The notes beneath the pieces are model-generated. The model saw only the letters and a list, made by a program, of their open reading frames with translations, made no database searches and had not been told where the DNA came from. From contig CBDCFW010000006.1 of assembly GCA_965216465.1 (NCBI GenBank), positions 1,024,001 through 1,088,000 of the forward strand: a DNA stretch of 64,000 nt, in the 5' to 3' direction. Positions 41,972 to 52,719 of this stretch are shown here, piece by piece (position 1 is the stretch's first letter; each line of letters opens with the position of its first letter). A program made the position numbers and the translations under genes. The DNA comes from Bacteroidia bacterium (GTDB taxonomy: Bacteria > Bacteroidota > Bacteroidia > NS11-12g > UBA9320).

Positions 41972-44830
41972 TTAGTTCAACAAGAGAGGCTGTGCTAAGA
42001 TTCTGTCTTCGTGCACGAGTCGAATCCAATACATTCCTCTTGCGAGTGATGAAACATTAACCGTTGAGCTTTTCCCTACTAGTGAGTGAGTGCTCACTAT
42101 TTCTCCATTCAAACTGATAATATGCAGTTCGAACGGTTTTCCTGATTCACTTTCTACGGTTATTTTGTGAGTAGCTGGACTTGGGTATATTTTGTATCCC
42201 GCTCGAACTACTTCGGCAACATTTCCAGTGTACTTAACGGTGATTGAATCTACCGCTGTACCACAAACATTGGTTTCTTCTAACCAGTAGGTTCCTTCTA
42301 GCCGAATTTCTGCAGAATCTGAATTCGAGCCAAAGTTCCAGAGGTATGTGGCAAATCGACTAGGTGTTCTGTTTGCCACCTTTATTACGTCAAACTGGTT
42401 GATCATGGTATCAGGACCTAAATCAACCTTAGGTGAGTCTAACACATAAACATAAATTGAATCTGAGGTGGTTCCGCATACATTGCTTACATCCACCCTA
42501 TGAAATGCCTCAGTTTTAATAGAGGTGAATGAATCGGTAGTTCCATTAGACCAGAAGTAATCATATTCACTGTTGTATCGCGTTGAAAGCGTGGTTGAAT
42601 CACCAGTACATATTATAGTGTCTCCCCCAAACGCAATATCAGGTCGAAGCTTCAAGTAAATTTCAATAGTATCTCTATCGGAACCACATTCGTTTAGAAC
42701 TTCGATCGTGTAGGTGCCAGCTTGAGTAATGGTTGTAGAATCTAGATTTTGACCCCCATTGCTCCATTGAATATCTGTAACATTTGCCCCTGTTGCTGTA
42801 AGGATGAATGTGCTGTCTTCGCAAATTTGATCGTTCAGATTGGTAATGTTCACCGAAGGGTCAAACTTACGCTCAATATAAAAATCTTCTGAAAAAGCAT
42901 AACTACACAAACTATCATAAACTGATAAGCTATGAACACCGCTATCTGAGGTAGTATATTTTAATCCTGTTGATCCATCAGGCCATATCCAGCTAACTTG
43001 TGATGGAGGATTAATAGTAACTGATGTGCTTTCACCCTTACACAAGGCGGTATCTCTCAATTGGGGAGCATATTCTCTAAATTCAACGAAAAAGGAAGCT
43101 GAAGTTGTGTCTCCACATTGGTCAGCTAGATTTACGTTATATGTTCCACCACTCGACACGGTAATTTTATTGGTTGTATCTCCAGTATTCCAATCGGTTG
43201 TTGCCCATTTAGCATCAACTTCTAATTCTTGTTCATTGGTATAACAAGCCAGGAATTCGGTTTCTAGCGGAAGTCCAAATGCTTCATTCGCAGAAATTTC
43301 AATAGTGTCGAATACCACTGTTTCGCATGCCAAAGCGTAGGAAGACGTAGTGGTTATATAGAAGGTACCCGAATCACGTAACTTAAAAGTGTCAGATGGC
43401 TGAAAAGCAGATATAAAGCCGTTGTGAACAGCATATCCTCCTGTGTCTGTTACATTATAACTTACAATAGAAGAAATTCCTCTAAAGGTATCCAATTGAG
43501 CAGTAACGCTATACTTGCCACATCCAATCTTATTTACTGTGGTGCTTAGGTCAGGGCGCTCATAATTGTGAATAGTAAATCGTCGCACGTTGTAGCTAAA
43601 CGCAGCCTTCGAATTGGTTTCATAGGCATAAACATATACATCAAATGAGTTTGGAACAGTGTCGAACGAATCGGTGTTCCAAGTCAGCTTTCCAAATAAT
43701 TCAGTTTTCGATGTTCCATACAATTGAGTGTCAATTGAAAGCTGCACAGGGTAGTCGCATAAAATTCTAAACCCAAGGGTGTCAGGAACCGCAGTTGCAG
43801 GAGGCGGAGGAACAGTTATTTGGTCAATGGCTTCTAGATTGATAGTGTTCGTTTCACCGATACAAGAGGTGTATGAGTTGTTTGTGTTTTGAATTTCAGG
43901 TAAGTTGTTATGGCCAATACTGTACACTGCAAGTCCAGTTTCACGATGGGTTACACCGGCCTTTGCCATAGTTCCGCTACTGTCTTTCTGCCACTCAGTT
44001 ACTTTAACCATGTAGGAAGTGATATCATTTTGATTGGTGGAAGTGAAAGCCATATCACCAGTTTTTTCATCAAAATAAAATCCTACCGGAGGGTCAAGTT
44101 GAGGGAATGAAATTGGGTATGAAAATGAACCGTAGTAAAATACATTTAAAGGTTGATCAGCATAATAACCTGTAGAATAAGTTACAGAAGAGGTTGCATT
44201 TGTCTTAGGGTTTATCAATTCAAAAGATAGGGAGTCGTTATCGTTGTTATATTGCTTATGTGCATAACGTACACCAACTTGAGCTGGAACTTGAAACAAT
44301 GGAACGGTCTCGGCGTGAGTTGAGTTGTTATTAGGAAATTTGGTTGGGAAGAATGAAGCTGAGTTGTAAATATTAGAGTTCGCAACTCCTGTGGTATAAA
44401 AGGAACCTCTACAACAAGTACCATAAGCTATGATTACTTCAGAGCAAGTGTAGTAATTTGAAAAAGGACTTTGTGAAAAGTCGATGGTGTCTTTAAATAC
44501 CAATTCTTCGAGACCTTGTCCTGTTCCAGTTGTATTTGGCGGATCGCATTCTTTTGCCGTGCCACTAAAGCTTGTTAATTCTCGAATGGAAACCAACGTT
44601 GGTGTTAAGGATGTTGAAGCTCCGGATCCTGCACAATGTACGCTTGTTGAACTTGTGATGTCAGAAATTGCTAAGCCATTGCAGTATCGATAAACTTTGA
44701 ATGTAATTTCAAATACAGTGGAGTCCGAATAAATTTGTTTGTAGCTCACTTCAGTGCCAACTTGGCTAGAAGCCGTGCTATATTGGATCGCACCAAAAAA
44801 GAAAGCCAGAATAAGTATTAGTTTTTTCAT
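41972..44830 (-). CDS. T9SS-secreted Ig-like-repeat surface protein
   Basis: Signal peptide, repeated Y.WS.G.T...I....G.Y.V...N.CG...DSI units and a C-terminal IYPSPA...GMYWI type A CTD. Confidence 0.85.
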   Translation of the reverse strand: MKKLILILAFFFGAIQYSTASSQVGTEVSYKQIYSDSTVFEITFKVYRYCNGLAISDITSSTSVHCAGSGASTSLTPTLVSIRELTSFSGTAKECDPPNTTGTGQGLEELVFKDTIDFSQSPFSNYYTCSEVIIAYGTCCRGSFYTTGVANSNIYNSASFFPTKFPNNNSTHAETVPLFQVPAQVGVRYAHKQYNNDNDSLSFELINPKTNATSSVTYSTGYYADQPLNVFYYGSFSYPISFPQLDPPVGFYFDEKTGDMAFTSTNQNDITSYMVKVTEWQKDSSGTMAKAGVTHRETGLAVYSIGHNNLPEIQNTNNSYTSCIGETNTINLEAIDQITVPPPPATAVPDTLGFRILCDYPVQLSIDTQLYGTSKTELFGKLTWNTDSFDTVPNSFDVYVYAYETNSKAAFSYNVRRFTIHNYERPDLSTTVNKIGCGKYSVTAQLDTFRGISSIVSYNVTDTGGYAVHNGFISAFQPSDTFKLRDSGTFYITTTSSYALACETVVFDTIEISANEAFGLPLETEFLACYTNEQELEVDAKWATTDWNTGDTTNKITVSSGGTYNVNLADQCGDTTSASFFVEFREYAPQLRDTALCKGESTSVTINPPSQVSWIWPDGSTGLKYTTSDSGVHSLSVYDSLCSYAFSEDFYIERKFDPSVNITNLNDQICEDSTFILTATGANVTDIQWSNGGQNLDSTTITQAGTYTIEVLNECGSDRDTIEIYLKLRPDIAFGGDTIICTGDSTTLSTRYNSEYDYFWSNGTTDSFTSIKTEAFHRVDVSNVCGTTSDSIYVYVLDSPKVDLGPDTMINQFDVIKVANRTPSRFATYLWNFGSNSDSAEIRLEGTYWLEETNVCGTAVDSITVKYTGNVAEVVRAGYKIYPSPATHKITVESESGKPFELHIISLNGEIVSTHSLVGKSSTVNVSSLARGMYWIRLVHEDRILAQPLLLN

Positions 44831-44865
44831 AAAGGAAGTCTAAGTAATAATTACCAATCGGCAAG

Positions 44866-45768
44866 TTACTTAATTTCATCCAAAATACTTAAATAACTTA
44901 AATATCTTGACTCGTCAATAGCTCCTTTGCTCAACTCTTCAAGCACTTTGCACTCAGGTTCTTCTACATGAATGCAATTGCTGAACTTGCATTGATCGCG
45001 CACAGCTTTCATTTCAGGGAAGTAATGTGAAATTTCAGTTGGTTGCATTCCAACTAAACCAAAATCTTTAATACCCGGAGTATCAATTATGCGTGCTCCG
45101 GTGCTTGCTATAAACATTTGAGCAAAAGTGGTCGTGTGTTTTCCTTTGTGGTATGACTTAGAAATTTTACCCGTTTTCTGTGCTGTACCAGGAATCAATG
45201 CATTGATTAACGTCGATTTCCCAACTCCAGAATTCCCACTTAGCAAGACACATTTATTGCCAATCAATTCTTTAATCTGCTCAACATCAGTACTTTCAAG
45301 AAAGCTAACGTTGTGAATAGGGTATCCGATTTTAGCGTAAAGCTCTTGCAGAAAGCCTCGATGAGCATTTGCTTTTTTGGTGTTCAGATCACTTTTGTTT
45401 AATAGGATTTGAACAGGAATATGATAGGCTTCCGCAGTGACTAAAAATCGATCAATAAATCCTTGTGGAGTATATGGAGATGCGGGAGAAACAATAAGCA
45501 ATGCCATATCAATGTTCGCCGCAATCAGCTGATACTGCTTCGAAAGCTTATTTGACTTTCGAACAATGCAGTTTTTTCGCTCTTCAATGCCTTTAATGAA
45601 ATACTCCCCTTCTTCTTCTTCAAGAAAGACTTCATCACCCACCACAACTGGGTTGGTAGATTTCAGTTTTTGTTTGCGAATGATACCTCGTAAACGTGCA
45701 TCAACCTCCTGGTTCTGATAGATAACCTTATACCAACTTCCGGTAGATTTGCTTACGATTCCTTTCAT
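44866..45768 (-). CDS. rsgA: Ribosome small subunit-dependent GTPase RsgA
   Basis: NKSD, GNSGVGKS, GKHTTT, DTPG and zinc finger CKFSNC.H..EP.C. Confidence 0.96.
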   Translation of the reverse strand: MKGIVSKSTGSWYKVIYQNQEVDARLRGIIRKQKLKSTNPVVVGDEVFLEEEEGEYFIKGIEERKNCIVRKSNKLSKQYQLIAANIDMALLIVSPASPYTPQGFIDRFLVTAEAYHIPVQILLNKSDLNTKKANAHRGFLQELYAKIGYPIHNVSFLESTDVEQIKELIGNKCVLLSGNSGVGKSTLINALIPGTAQKTGKISKSYHKGKHTTTFAQMFIASTGARIIDTPGIKDFGLVGMQPTEISHYFPEMKAVRDQCKFSNCIHVEEPECKVLEELSKGAIDESRYLSYLSILDEIK

Positions 45769-46718
45769 TAGAACACTTCCGAAACAACATCTTTTGTCGC
45801 TCCAGAATAACTCATGGTATAAAAATGCAGTGCTGGCACATTGTGCTTTTTCAGTTCCTTACACTGGTTGATTGCCCATTCTATTCCAATCTGCCTTGCT
45901 GCCACATCGTCTTTGGCTTGCTCTAGTTCATTTGATAATTCAACAGGAATATCCATGTTAAATATCTTAGGCAACTTATAAACTTGGTCCTTTTTGGTAA
46001 TTGGTTTGATACCCGGAATGATTGGAACATTAATTCCCATTTCTCGGCATCGATCTACATACTCAAAGTATTTTTTATTATCAAAAAACATTTGAGTGGT
46101 TATAAACTCAGCGCCTGCATCTACTTTTCGCTTTAAGAATTTAAGGTCCGATTCCATATTTGGAGCATCGATGTGTTTTTCAGGATATCCGGCTGCTCCG
46201 ATACAGAAATTGGTTTCTGTTGTATTCTTCAGTTCTTCATCAAGGTAAACCCCATGATTCAAGTCGTCAATTTGACGAATGAGGTCTAGTGAATTGGAGT
46301 TGCCATTTTTTTCTGGTGTGAAGTTTCTTTCGTCTCTCAAATTATCTCCACGCAGTGCTAGAATATTTTGAATACCTAAAAAGTTTAAGTCAATCAGTGC
46401 ACTTTCCGTTTCATCTTTATTAAAACCTCCACAAATAAGATGAGGTACTGCTTCAACATGGTATTTATTCATCAGTGCGGCACAAATTGCAACTGTACCT
46501 GGACGTTTACGTGTGCTAATTTTATTAAAGCTACCATCAGGTCTCTCCCTTAAAATATACTCCTCACGATGATATGTAACATCAATAAACGAGGGTTTAA
46601 ACTCTATCAAGGGATCAATAGCTTTATACAGGTTCTCGATTCCTTTTCCTTTTAGTGGAGGAAGAACTTCAAATGAGAATAGGGTCTTATCGGGTGTTAT
46701 ATACTCTGTAAGCTTCAT
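45768..46718 (-). CDS. metF: 5,10-methylenetetrahydrofolate reductase
   Basis: FSFEVLPP, LALRGD, AGYPEKH, TQMFFDN and HFYTM. Confidence 0.94.
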   Translation of the reverse strand: MKLTEYITPDKTLFSFEVLPPLKGKGIENLYKAIDPLIEFKPSFIDVTYHREEYILRERPDGSFNKISTRKRPGTVAICAALMNKYHVEAVPHLICGGFNKDETESALIDLNFLGIQNILALRGDNLRDERNFTPEKNGNSNSLDLIRQIDDLNHGVYLDEELKNTTETNFCIGAAGYPEKHIDAPNMESDLKFLKRKVDAGAEFITTQMFFDNKKYFEYVDRCREMGINVPIIPGIKPITKKDQVYKLPKIFNMDIPVELSNELEQAKDDVAARQIGIEWAINQCKELKKHNVPALHFYTMSYSGATKDVVSEVF

Positions 46719-48418
46719 TAGAATTGAACTTGTAATTCGACAACTTCTCCATCTCTCATAATAGTCATAGGTACTTGGTCACCCTCATTCAATGATGAAA
46801 GTACGCCCATGTAATCCTGCATATTCATGATGGGTTTGCCATTTAAAGTTTTAATAATATCTCCTTTCAATAAACCAGCTTTGAAACCCGGTTTTCCATC
46901 TTTAACACCATCAACGCGCATGCCTTCACCATCGTATACATAGTCTGGCATGATTCCCAAAGTAACCTTAAACTTTCTTCGACCTTGTGTGTCGTCTTTA
47001 GTTTTGGTGAACTTTACCTTTCCTCGTTTGTCCATATCACGCATGTACTTACTGATGTACTTTGTTACATAGGTAGTTCCATCCATGTTCACGACTTCTA
47101 TATCATCGGTAGGTTTATGATAATACTGATGCTGACCAGTAAAGAAGTGAACTGCAGGAATGTCTTGCAAGTAAAATGAAGTATGATCAGATGAGCCAAT
47201 ACCGCTTTCTGTAGTCTTGTATTTTGCGATCTTTTTATCAGAATATTTTACATTGGCCATTGCCTCTTTCCAAGCTGGCGATGTGCCAACACCATTTATA
47301 ATCAATGTTTTGTGAGTAGAATCTAGGTGACCAACCATATCCATGTTAATCATATAATTGAAGAAGTCAATTCCAATTTCAGGTTTACTGATAAAATATT
47401 TTGACCCAACGAGTCCCATTTCTTCTGCTGTAAATGCAATGAAGAGGTAGTTGTTATTATTATACCGATTCTTTTTCTTTTTTACGATTCGTGCGAGCTC
47501 TAACATCGCTGCTACACCACTGGCATTATCGTCTGCACCATTATGAATATCTCCAGGACGTTCTGCAAGCGAGCCGCTTATTTCTCCACTACCTAAGTGG
47601 TCGTGATGTGCTCCTACCACCACCGTATATTCTGCCCCGTTATCTACGTAGCCAATCACATTGCTCGCACTACTCGATAGCAACATTATATCTGAAATAA
47701 CATTGATGGTAATGTCATCTTTATCGGTCAAATCCTTTTTAACAAACATTACAGGAATGCCCGAATGTTTCGTTGTTTTTGCCAAAGTTCCATCCGGATA
47801 TTCTTTAGAATCAGTTGCATAAAACAAGACTGCTTTCGCTCCTTTTGACTTTGCAAAATTTACGCGATGTTCTACTCCTGACCATCCTAAAAATTTGCTA
47901 TGCGGATGATTGCCTCCTGGAAGTGAGATGTTGATTATCACCGCTTTACCTGAAACATCAAGATCTTTGTAATCATCGTGATCCAGTCCTCCATCTGATA
48001 TTCCGTACCCTACATTTACTGCCTTTCCGTAATATGTGCCCGTGTTGCTACTCGGACTCAAGGGGTAAAAGTCTGAAAACAGGGTGAGAACATCTTTTTC
48101 TAAATTGAGTGTTGAGTTGGCTTGTGCCATACGCAACGTTGCAATGTCAAGATATTGATGATATCCTTCTTCACCTTTGGGCTCCAGACCAAGTAGTTCA
48201 AATTGCTCGGCAATGTATTTTGCCGACATTTGCTCGCCAGCACTTCCTGTTCCTCTTCCTTGAAGTTCATCACTCGCAAGATAGGAAATGTGCTTCTCGA
48301 CATTTTTACGAATTTTCTTTTCGCCAAATCGAGGTTTTTGTGCAAATGAAATCAAGCCAATCGCAATTATTAAACCAGTTAATAATGCTCTTCTGTTTTT
48401 ATTTAATAAGATTTCCAA
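46718..48418 (-). CDS. M28 family aminopeptidase with PA and PDZ domains
   Basis: GAHHDHLG, NGADDNASG, AEEMGL.GS, NMDMVG, SDH and YHKPTDD; C-terminal PDZ (LGIMPDY). Start uncertain. Confidence 0.9.
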   Translation of the reverse strand: MEILLNKNRRALLTGLIIAIGLISFAQKPRFGEKKIRKNVEKHISYLASDELQGRGTGSAGEQMSAKYIAEQFELLGLEPKGEEGYHQYLDIATLRMAQANSTLNLEKDVLTLFSDFYPLSPSSNTGTYYGKAVNVGYGISDGGLDHDDYKDLDVSGKAVIINISLPGGNHPHSKFLGWSGVEHRVNFAKSKGAKAVLFYATDSKEYPDGTLAKTTKHSGIPVMFVKKDLTDKDDITINVISDIMLLSSSASNVIGYVDNGAEYTVVVGAHHDHLGSGEISGSLAERPGDIHNGADDNASGVAAMLELARIVKKKKNRYNNNNYLFIAFTAEEMGLVGSKYFISKPEIGIDFFNYMINMDMVGHLDSTHKTLIINGVGTSPAWKEAMANVKYSDKKIAKYKTTESGIGSSDHTSFYLQDIPAVHFFTGQHQYYHKPTDDIEVVNMDGTTYVTKYISKYMRDMDKRGKVKFTKTKDDTQGRRKFKVTLGIMPDYVYDGEGMRVDGVKDGKPGFKAGLLKGDIIKTLNGKPIMNMQDYMGVLSSLNEGDQVPMTIMRDGEVVELQVQF

Positions 48419-49214
48419 CGGTGTTAAATATTACAATGATTATTAGGGCTGCAAATATAATTTTCAAAGTCTTATCTGCTGTTTTTTGTGCCAGGCCAAC
48501 TCCAAAAGGTGCAGCGAACAAAAGTCCTGCGACCATCGGAAAGAACAGACTAGGTAAAAGGTATCCAAATTGATAGTCGCTATAGAACTCAACCGGAGTC
48601 GCGGCTCCATAGTTCAATAGTATAGGAACAATGATTAAAGGAATAGTTCCAATTGAAATTGCGGAAGCATCTTTAATGCTAATTTTAACGTATTGCGTAA
48701 ACAATGGAATCATAATAACTCCACCACCTAAACCAGATAGGGCGGTTACTATTCCCGTAAAAAATCCCGTAACCAGATACTTCAACGAGTGAGATTCTTT
48801 AACTGGAATGGGATCATGTTTTGTTTTAATCAAGAATCGAATAAGCGTTAAAACAAGTAGTCCTAGAAAGAATATACCAAAAGCTCTTTTGCTATACCAG
48901 CTTGCACTTGCAATCATATAACTCATGGCATAACTCGATACCATGGCCAGAGCAGCTGTCATCACTATTTGCCTAGGGTAAAATGATTTGATCTTTTTTT
49001 GTTTGTAAGTGCTAATAATTCCAGCGAAGAAGATTGTTGCAAATGAATTTGCCAAGACATATTTAACGAGCTCAGCATCGTCAACTCCCATGTTTTTTAG
49101 GTAGTAAGTTAGAATAGGAACGAATATGATTCCACCTCCAACACCCAAAAGCCCACTTAAAAATCCTCCAACTAATCCAAAGAAAAATAGGATTAGGATA
49201 ACTGTTAAATCCAC
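48399..49214 (-). CDS. Sulfite exporter TauE/SafE family membrane protein
   Basis: Duplicated GLLGVGGG / GLGGGVIMIP motifs in a multi-TM protein. Confidence 0.88.
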   Translation of the reverse strand: MDLTVILILFFFGLVGGFLSGLLGVGGGIIFVPILTYYLKNMGVDDAELVKYVLANSFATIFFAGIISTYKQKKIKSFYPRQIVMTAALAMVSSYAMSYMIASASWYSKRAFGIFFLGLLVLTLIRFLIKTKHDPIPVKESHSLKYLVTGFFTGIVTALSGLGGGVIMIPLFTQYVKISIKDASAISIGTIPLIIVPILLNYGAATPVEFYSDYQFGYLLPSLFFPMVAGLLFAAPFGVGLAQKTADKTLKIIFAALIIIVIFNTVGNLIK

Positions 49215-49216
49215 TA

Positions 49217-50839
49217 CTAATTTAAAATTTGATCGTATTCTAAAATGTCATTAAATATGGCCAATGCCTTATCTAAATCAAGATCGTCGTCAAACGACAC
49301 TTCAACCCTCCCTTTTTCGAAATAATATCGCTTTACAATTTCGTATTCGATTAGTTCTTTAATCTCTTCTTTGTTATTGGTCATGTCTTCTTTTTTTGTT
49401 TCCTTAAGTCGTTCTTCTAAGGCAACAAATTGTTCATCAAGAAGCTCAAAGTACTTATCTTTCTTTGCTTGTTCAACCATCTTTTCCAAAGCTTGTTCGG
49501 TTCGGGTGGTGTACGTGTAATCTTTATCTTTTACATAACTAACAAACTGTTGGTACAATTCGTCTGAAACGTCAAATTCTTGAGCCGCTGGTATAGATTC
49601 GTTTTTACTTCGAAACTCATTTGCGAACAGGAATGTTAGATTATTCTGCAATAAGCTTTGACTCACTTTTGAATAATTATCGAGCGGCACGTCGATATCA
49701 GGGAAAATACCGGCCCCATCGGTTACGGGTCGACCTTTTTGCGTAAAGAAGGTTTGTTTTGCACTATCCGCTACTTCCAATGCTTTGCCATCAACTTTGT
49801 TGCCATAATCAAGGCGTTGAATTAGTCTTCCACTTGGCAAGTAATACTTGCCGGTTGTCACTTTCATTTGCGTGTTATAGGTAAGTTTTTTAGTGGTTTG
49901 AACTAGCCCTTTTCCAAAGGAATTTCGTCCGATTAGCACAGCACGATCTAAGTCTTGCAAACTTCCAGCAACAATTTCACTTGCAGAGGCAGAATTTTTG
50001 TTGATTAATACAACTAGCGGAATATCCGTATCGACAGGGGACCCTTGGGTTTTGTATATTTGATTGTCTTCCTTGAATTTACCTTTTGTTGTTACAACTG
50101 TAACACCTCTATTTACAAATACATTTACAATTTTAACAGCTTCGATCAAGAGTCCTCCTCCATTATTGCGAAGGTCTAGAATCATTGATTTTGCACCTCT
50201 CGATTTTAGGTCAACGACGGCATCATAAACTTCTTTGCCCGCGTTAGGAGTGAAGCCAGTTAGCTTAATGTAGCCTGTATTTGTTCCGACGATATTGTAG
50301 TACGGAACATTCTTGAGTTTAATTTGCTGACGAGTTATGGTTTTCTCAATTTCACCAACTCCTAAACGGTCAACCACCATTTTTAGTTTAGTTCCAGCAT
50401 TCCCTTTTAGAAATTCAGAGATCTCACTCGATTTCTTACCTTTCATGTCAATACCGTCGATTCTTAAAATTTTGTCACCGGGTAATAATCCTGCCTTTTG
50501 TGCGGGGTAGTCATCGTACGGCGATTCAATAACAATGTAGCCATCTATCTCACGAATGCTTGATCCAATTCCGGCATAGGTTCCTGTTACCTCATAACGG
50601 TAATCTTCGGCTTGGGCTTCTGAATAAAAATTGGTGTATGGGTCTAGCGAATTAAGCATGCCATCTACAGCAGCCCGAATTAACTCACCAGGTTTAACTT
50701 CATCAACATATGAAGTATTTACTTCTTTGTAAACCGAAGCAAAAATGTCGAGGTTTTTAGATATTTCGAAGTAGTCGTCAGCTTTAAAGGCCAATAAGCC
50801 TAAACAGGCGACGCTAAATAATGCAATGTATTTTTTCAA
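49217..50839 (-). CDS. S41 family carboxy-terminal processing protease
   Basis: LDPYT, PDZ domain, DLRNNGGGLL, SASASEIV and SFGKGLVQ; TACATTTG promoter element at 50866-50859. Confidence 0.94.
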   Translation of the reverse strand: MKKYIALFSVACLGLLAFKADDYFEISKNLDIFASVYKEVNTSYVDEVKPGELIRAAVDGMLNSLDPYTNFYSEAQAEDYRYEVTGTYAGIGSSIREIDGYIVIESPYDDYPAQKAGLLPGDKILRIDGIDMKGKKSSEISEFLKGNAGTKLKMVVDRLGVGEIEKTITRQQIKLKNVPYYNIVGTNTGYIKLTGFTPNAGKEVYDAVVDLKSRGAKSMILDLRNNGGGLLIEAVKIVNVFVNRGVTVVTTKGKFKEDNQIYKTQGSPVDTDIPLVVLINKNSASASEIVAGSLQDLDRAVLIGRNSFGKGLVQTTKKLTYNTQMKVTTGKYYLPSGRLIQRLDYGNKVDGKALEVADSAKQTFFTQKGRPVTDGAGIFPDIDVPLDNYSKVSQSLLQNNLTFLFANEFRSKNESIPAAQEFDVSDELYQQFVSYVKDKDYTYTTRTEQALEKMVEQAKKDKYFELLDEQFVALEERLKETKKEDMTNNKEEIKELIEYEIVKRYYFEKGRVEVSFDDDLDLDKALAIFNDILEYDQILN

Positions 50840-50942
50840 AACGTTTTTTGAATGGACACAAATGTAACGAAACCTAGTTTCTAAGTTATTGTATCAGCAT
50901 TCAAGTTTTCGATTAAGTTGTACAGAATGATGACATTAAAAC

Positions 50943-51185
50943 CTAAGGTACGGGGTCATAGCCGCTTTTCTTACTCCAAGGATGGCAACTTAAAATTCGG
51001 CGAACCGCTAGGTACAAACCTTTAAACGGACCGTGTTTTTGAAGGGCTTCTACTGCATAGGCACTGCACGTAGGGTGGTAACGGCAAGTTGCAGGTAAGA
51101 AAGGAGATATTACCTTTTGATAGATTCGAATAGGAATCATCAATAAAATAGACAATATGTTAAGCAAGCCTTTTAATAAACTCAT
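50943..51185 (-). CDS. yidD: Membrane protein insertion efficiency factor YidD
   Basis: [24 protein letters not shown] and GYDPVP. Confidence 0.93.
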   Translation of the reverse strand: MSLLKGLLNILSILLMIPIRIYQKVISPFLPATCRYHPTCSAYAVEALQKHGPFKGLYLAVRRILSCHPWSKKSGYDPVP

Positions 51186-51546
51186 CGATAGCCAAATTTA
51201 GGTCTTTATTAATCTTTTCAAACGAGTGTATCTCTTGATTTAGATACATAACGCACAAGGCATATTTCTGTTTGGTGTCTATAGCATCATAAATTCGATG
51301 TTTATTTAGCCGATAGGATTCTCTTAAAAGTCGCTTCACACGATTGCGATCAGGGGCCTTTTTAAACTTTCGTTTACTAGCTGAAAACATGGCTTGACAG
51401 GGAAATGGCGTTTCCAAGTCTGCTTTCATGTAAATAAATAATAAAGAATTTGAGAAGATACTTTCTCCCTTTTTTAGGAAGATAGCGTCAATAGTTTTCT
51501 GGTTAGAAAGTTTCTCGAGTTTATGAAAAGTAGCGGATATCCCCAT
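51160..51546 (-). CDS. rnpA: Ribonuclease P protein component
   Basis: [23 protein letters not shown] (RNR motif); lies between rpmH and yidD. Confidence 0.92.
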   Translation of the reverse strand: MGISATFHKLEKLSNQKTIDAIFLKKGESIFSNSLLFIYMKADLETPFPCQAMFSASKRKFKKAPDRNRVKRLLRESYRLNKHRIYDAIDTKQKYALCVMYLNQEIHSFEKINKDLNLAIDEFIKRLA

Positions 51547-51565
51547 AATTGTTGGGGCACTTCAA

Positions 51566-51727
51566 TTAGTGCTTGTGACGTGGTTCGTCAGAAACAGTAA
51601 GTTTCTTTCTGCCCTTTTTGCGACGAGCAGCTAGTACTTTTCTTCCGTTTTTAGTAGACATTCTCTCTCTAAAACCGTGTTTGTTTCTTCTTTTTCTTCT
51701 ACTTGGTTGAAATGTTCTTTTACTCAT
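51566..51727 (-). CDS. rpmH: 50S ribosomal protein L34 (absent from the ORF track)
   Basis: Manual translation: [53 protein letters not shown]. Confidence 0.97.
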   Translation of the reverse strand: MSKRTFQPSRRKRRNKHGFRERMSTKNGRKVLAARRKKGRKKLTVSDEPRHKH

Positions 51728-51766
51728 TTTAAAATAAAATTAAACTGTTCGTTTCTAAAAGGCTTG

Positions 51767-51774
51767 CAAAAGTA
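51767..51774 (-). promoter_or_regulatory. -7 promoter element for rpmH-rnpA-yidD
   Basis: TACTTTTG matches Bacteroidota TAnnTTTG, 40 nt upstream of rpmH. Confidence 0.6.
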
Positions 51775-51799
51775 ATATTTTATTTAAATAAAACTATTC

Positions 51800-52690
51800 T
51801 CAGTCCTCATTTTCTAAAATTTCTTTAGCCTCTTTCATTTTGCTAATCTCCTTGTCGCTAACGGTAGGGTATGATAAGTTAAGTTCTTCGAGGGTTTGAA
51901 CCACAATGTCAGATACTATGGCCCTCATAACTGTCTTATTATCAGCAGGGATAACATACCACGGAGCATCAGAGGTCGAGGTTTTGCTAATTGCTGTCTC
52001 ATAGGCCTTCATATATTCTGGCCAAAATCCACGCTCGACTAAATCTCCGAAGCTAAATTTCCAGTTTTTCTTAGTCTCGTTTATACGTGATAAGAAGCGA
52101 GCCTTTTGCTGATCCTTGCTCACATTTAAGAAAAACTTAATGATTACAGTTCCATTGTTTACTAAGTGTTTTTCCCAATTTGCAATGCTTTGATACCTGT
52201 TGTTCCAAAATTCATCGTCAAGCTGGCTGAGCTCAGTAATGCCGGGAATCGCTTGTCCCAGAACATATTCGGGATGAACCTTGCATACTAGCACTTCCTC
52301 ATAATGGCTTCGATTAAATATTCCAATTCTACCTCTTTCTGGCAGTGCTTTTTGGCAACGCCATAAGTAATCATGATCTAATTCTTCTTTACTCGGAGCC
52401 TTAAAACTACTTACTTGAAACCCGGTTGGATTTACTCCGCTAAAAACAGATCGTATGGTGCTGTCTTTGCCCGCCGCGTCCATCGCCTGAAAAATCAATA
52501 AAATAGAATGTCGGTCACTAGCATATAATTTGCGTTGTAGCTTGCTTAGCTTTTTGTTGTTAGATTTTAAAAGTTCGAGTGCGGCTTCATCGGAAGCTAG
52601 ACCTCCGCTGTATGATGTTTCATAGTCTGATAACTTAAAATTTGCAGGATCTGAAACCTGTACTTTTGGGTCGTTTTTAAAGGATTGCAC
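51800..52690 (-). CDS. ppk2: Polyphosphate kinase 2 family protein
   Basis: QAMDAAGKD (Walker A), FKAPS.EEL.HDYLWR, FNRSHYEEVL and APWYVIPAD. GTG 52690 is preferred; the track's TTG 52720 collides with the divergent gene's ATG. Confidence 0.9.
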   Translation of the reverse strand: MQSFKNDPKVQVSDPANFKLSDYETSYSGGLASDEAALELLKSNNKKLSKLQRKLYASDRHSILLIFQAMDAAGKDSTIRSVFSGVNPTGFQVSSFKAPSKEELDHDYLWRCQKALPERGRIGIFNRSHYEEVLVCKVHPEYVLGQAIPGITELSQLDDEFWNNRYQSIANWEKHLVNNGTVIIKFFLNVSKDQQKARFLSRINETKKNWKFSFGDLVERGFWPEYMKAYETAISKTSTSDAPWYVIPADNKTVMRAIVSDIVVQTLEELNLSYPTVSDKEISKMKEAKEILENED

Positions 52691-52719
52691 ATAGCAAATA
52701 AAATCATAAGTTTGAAGCA

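Noticed and set aside
46718-46800. SAM riboswitch upstream of metF
   Set aside because: metF is coupled to the M28 peptidase stop codon (TAATG overlap), leaving no leader and no aptamer motif.
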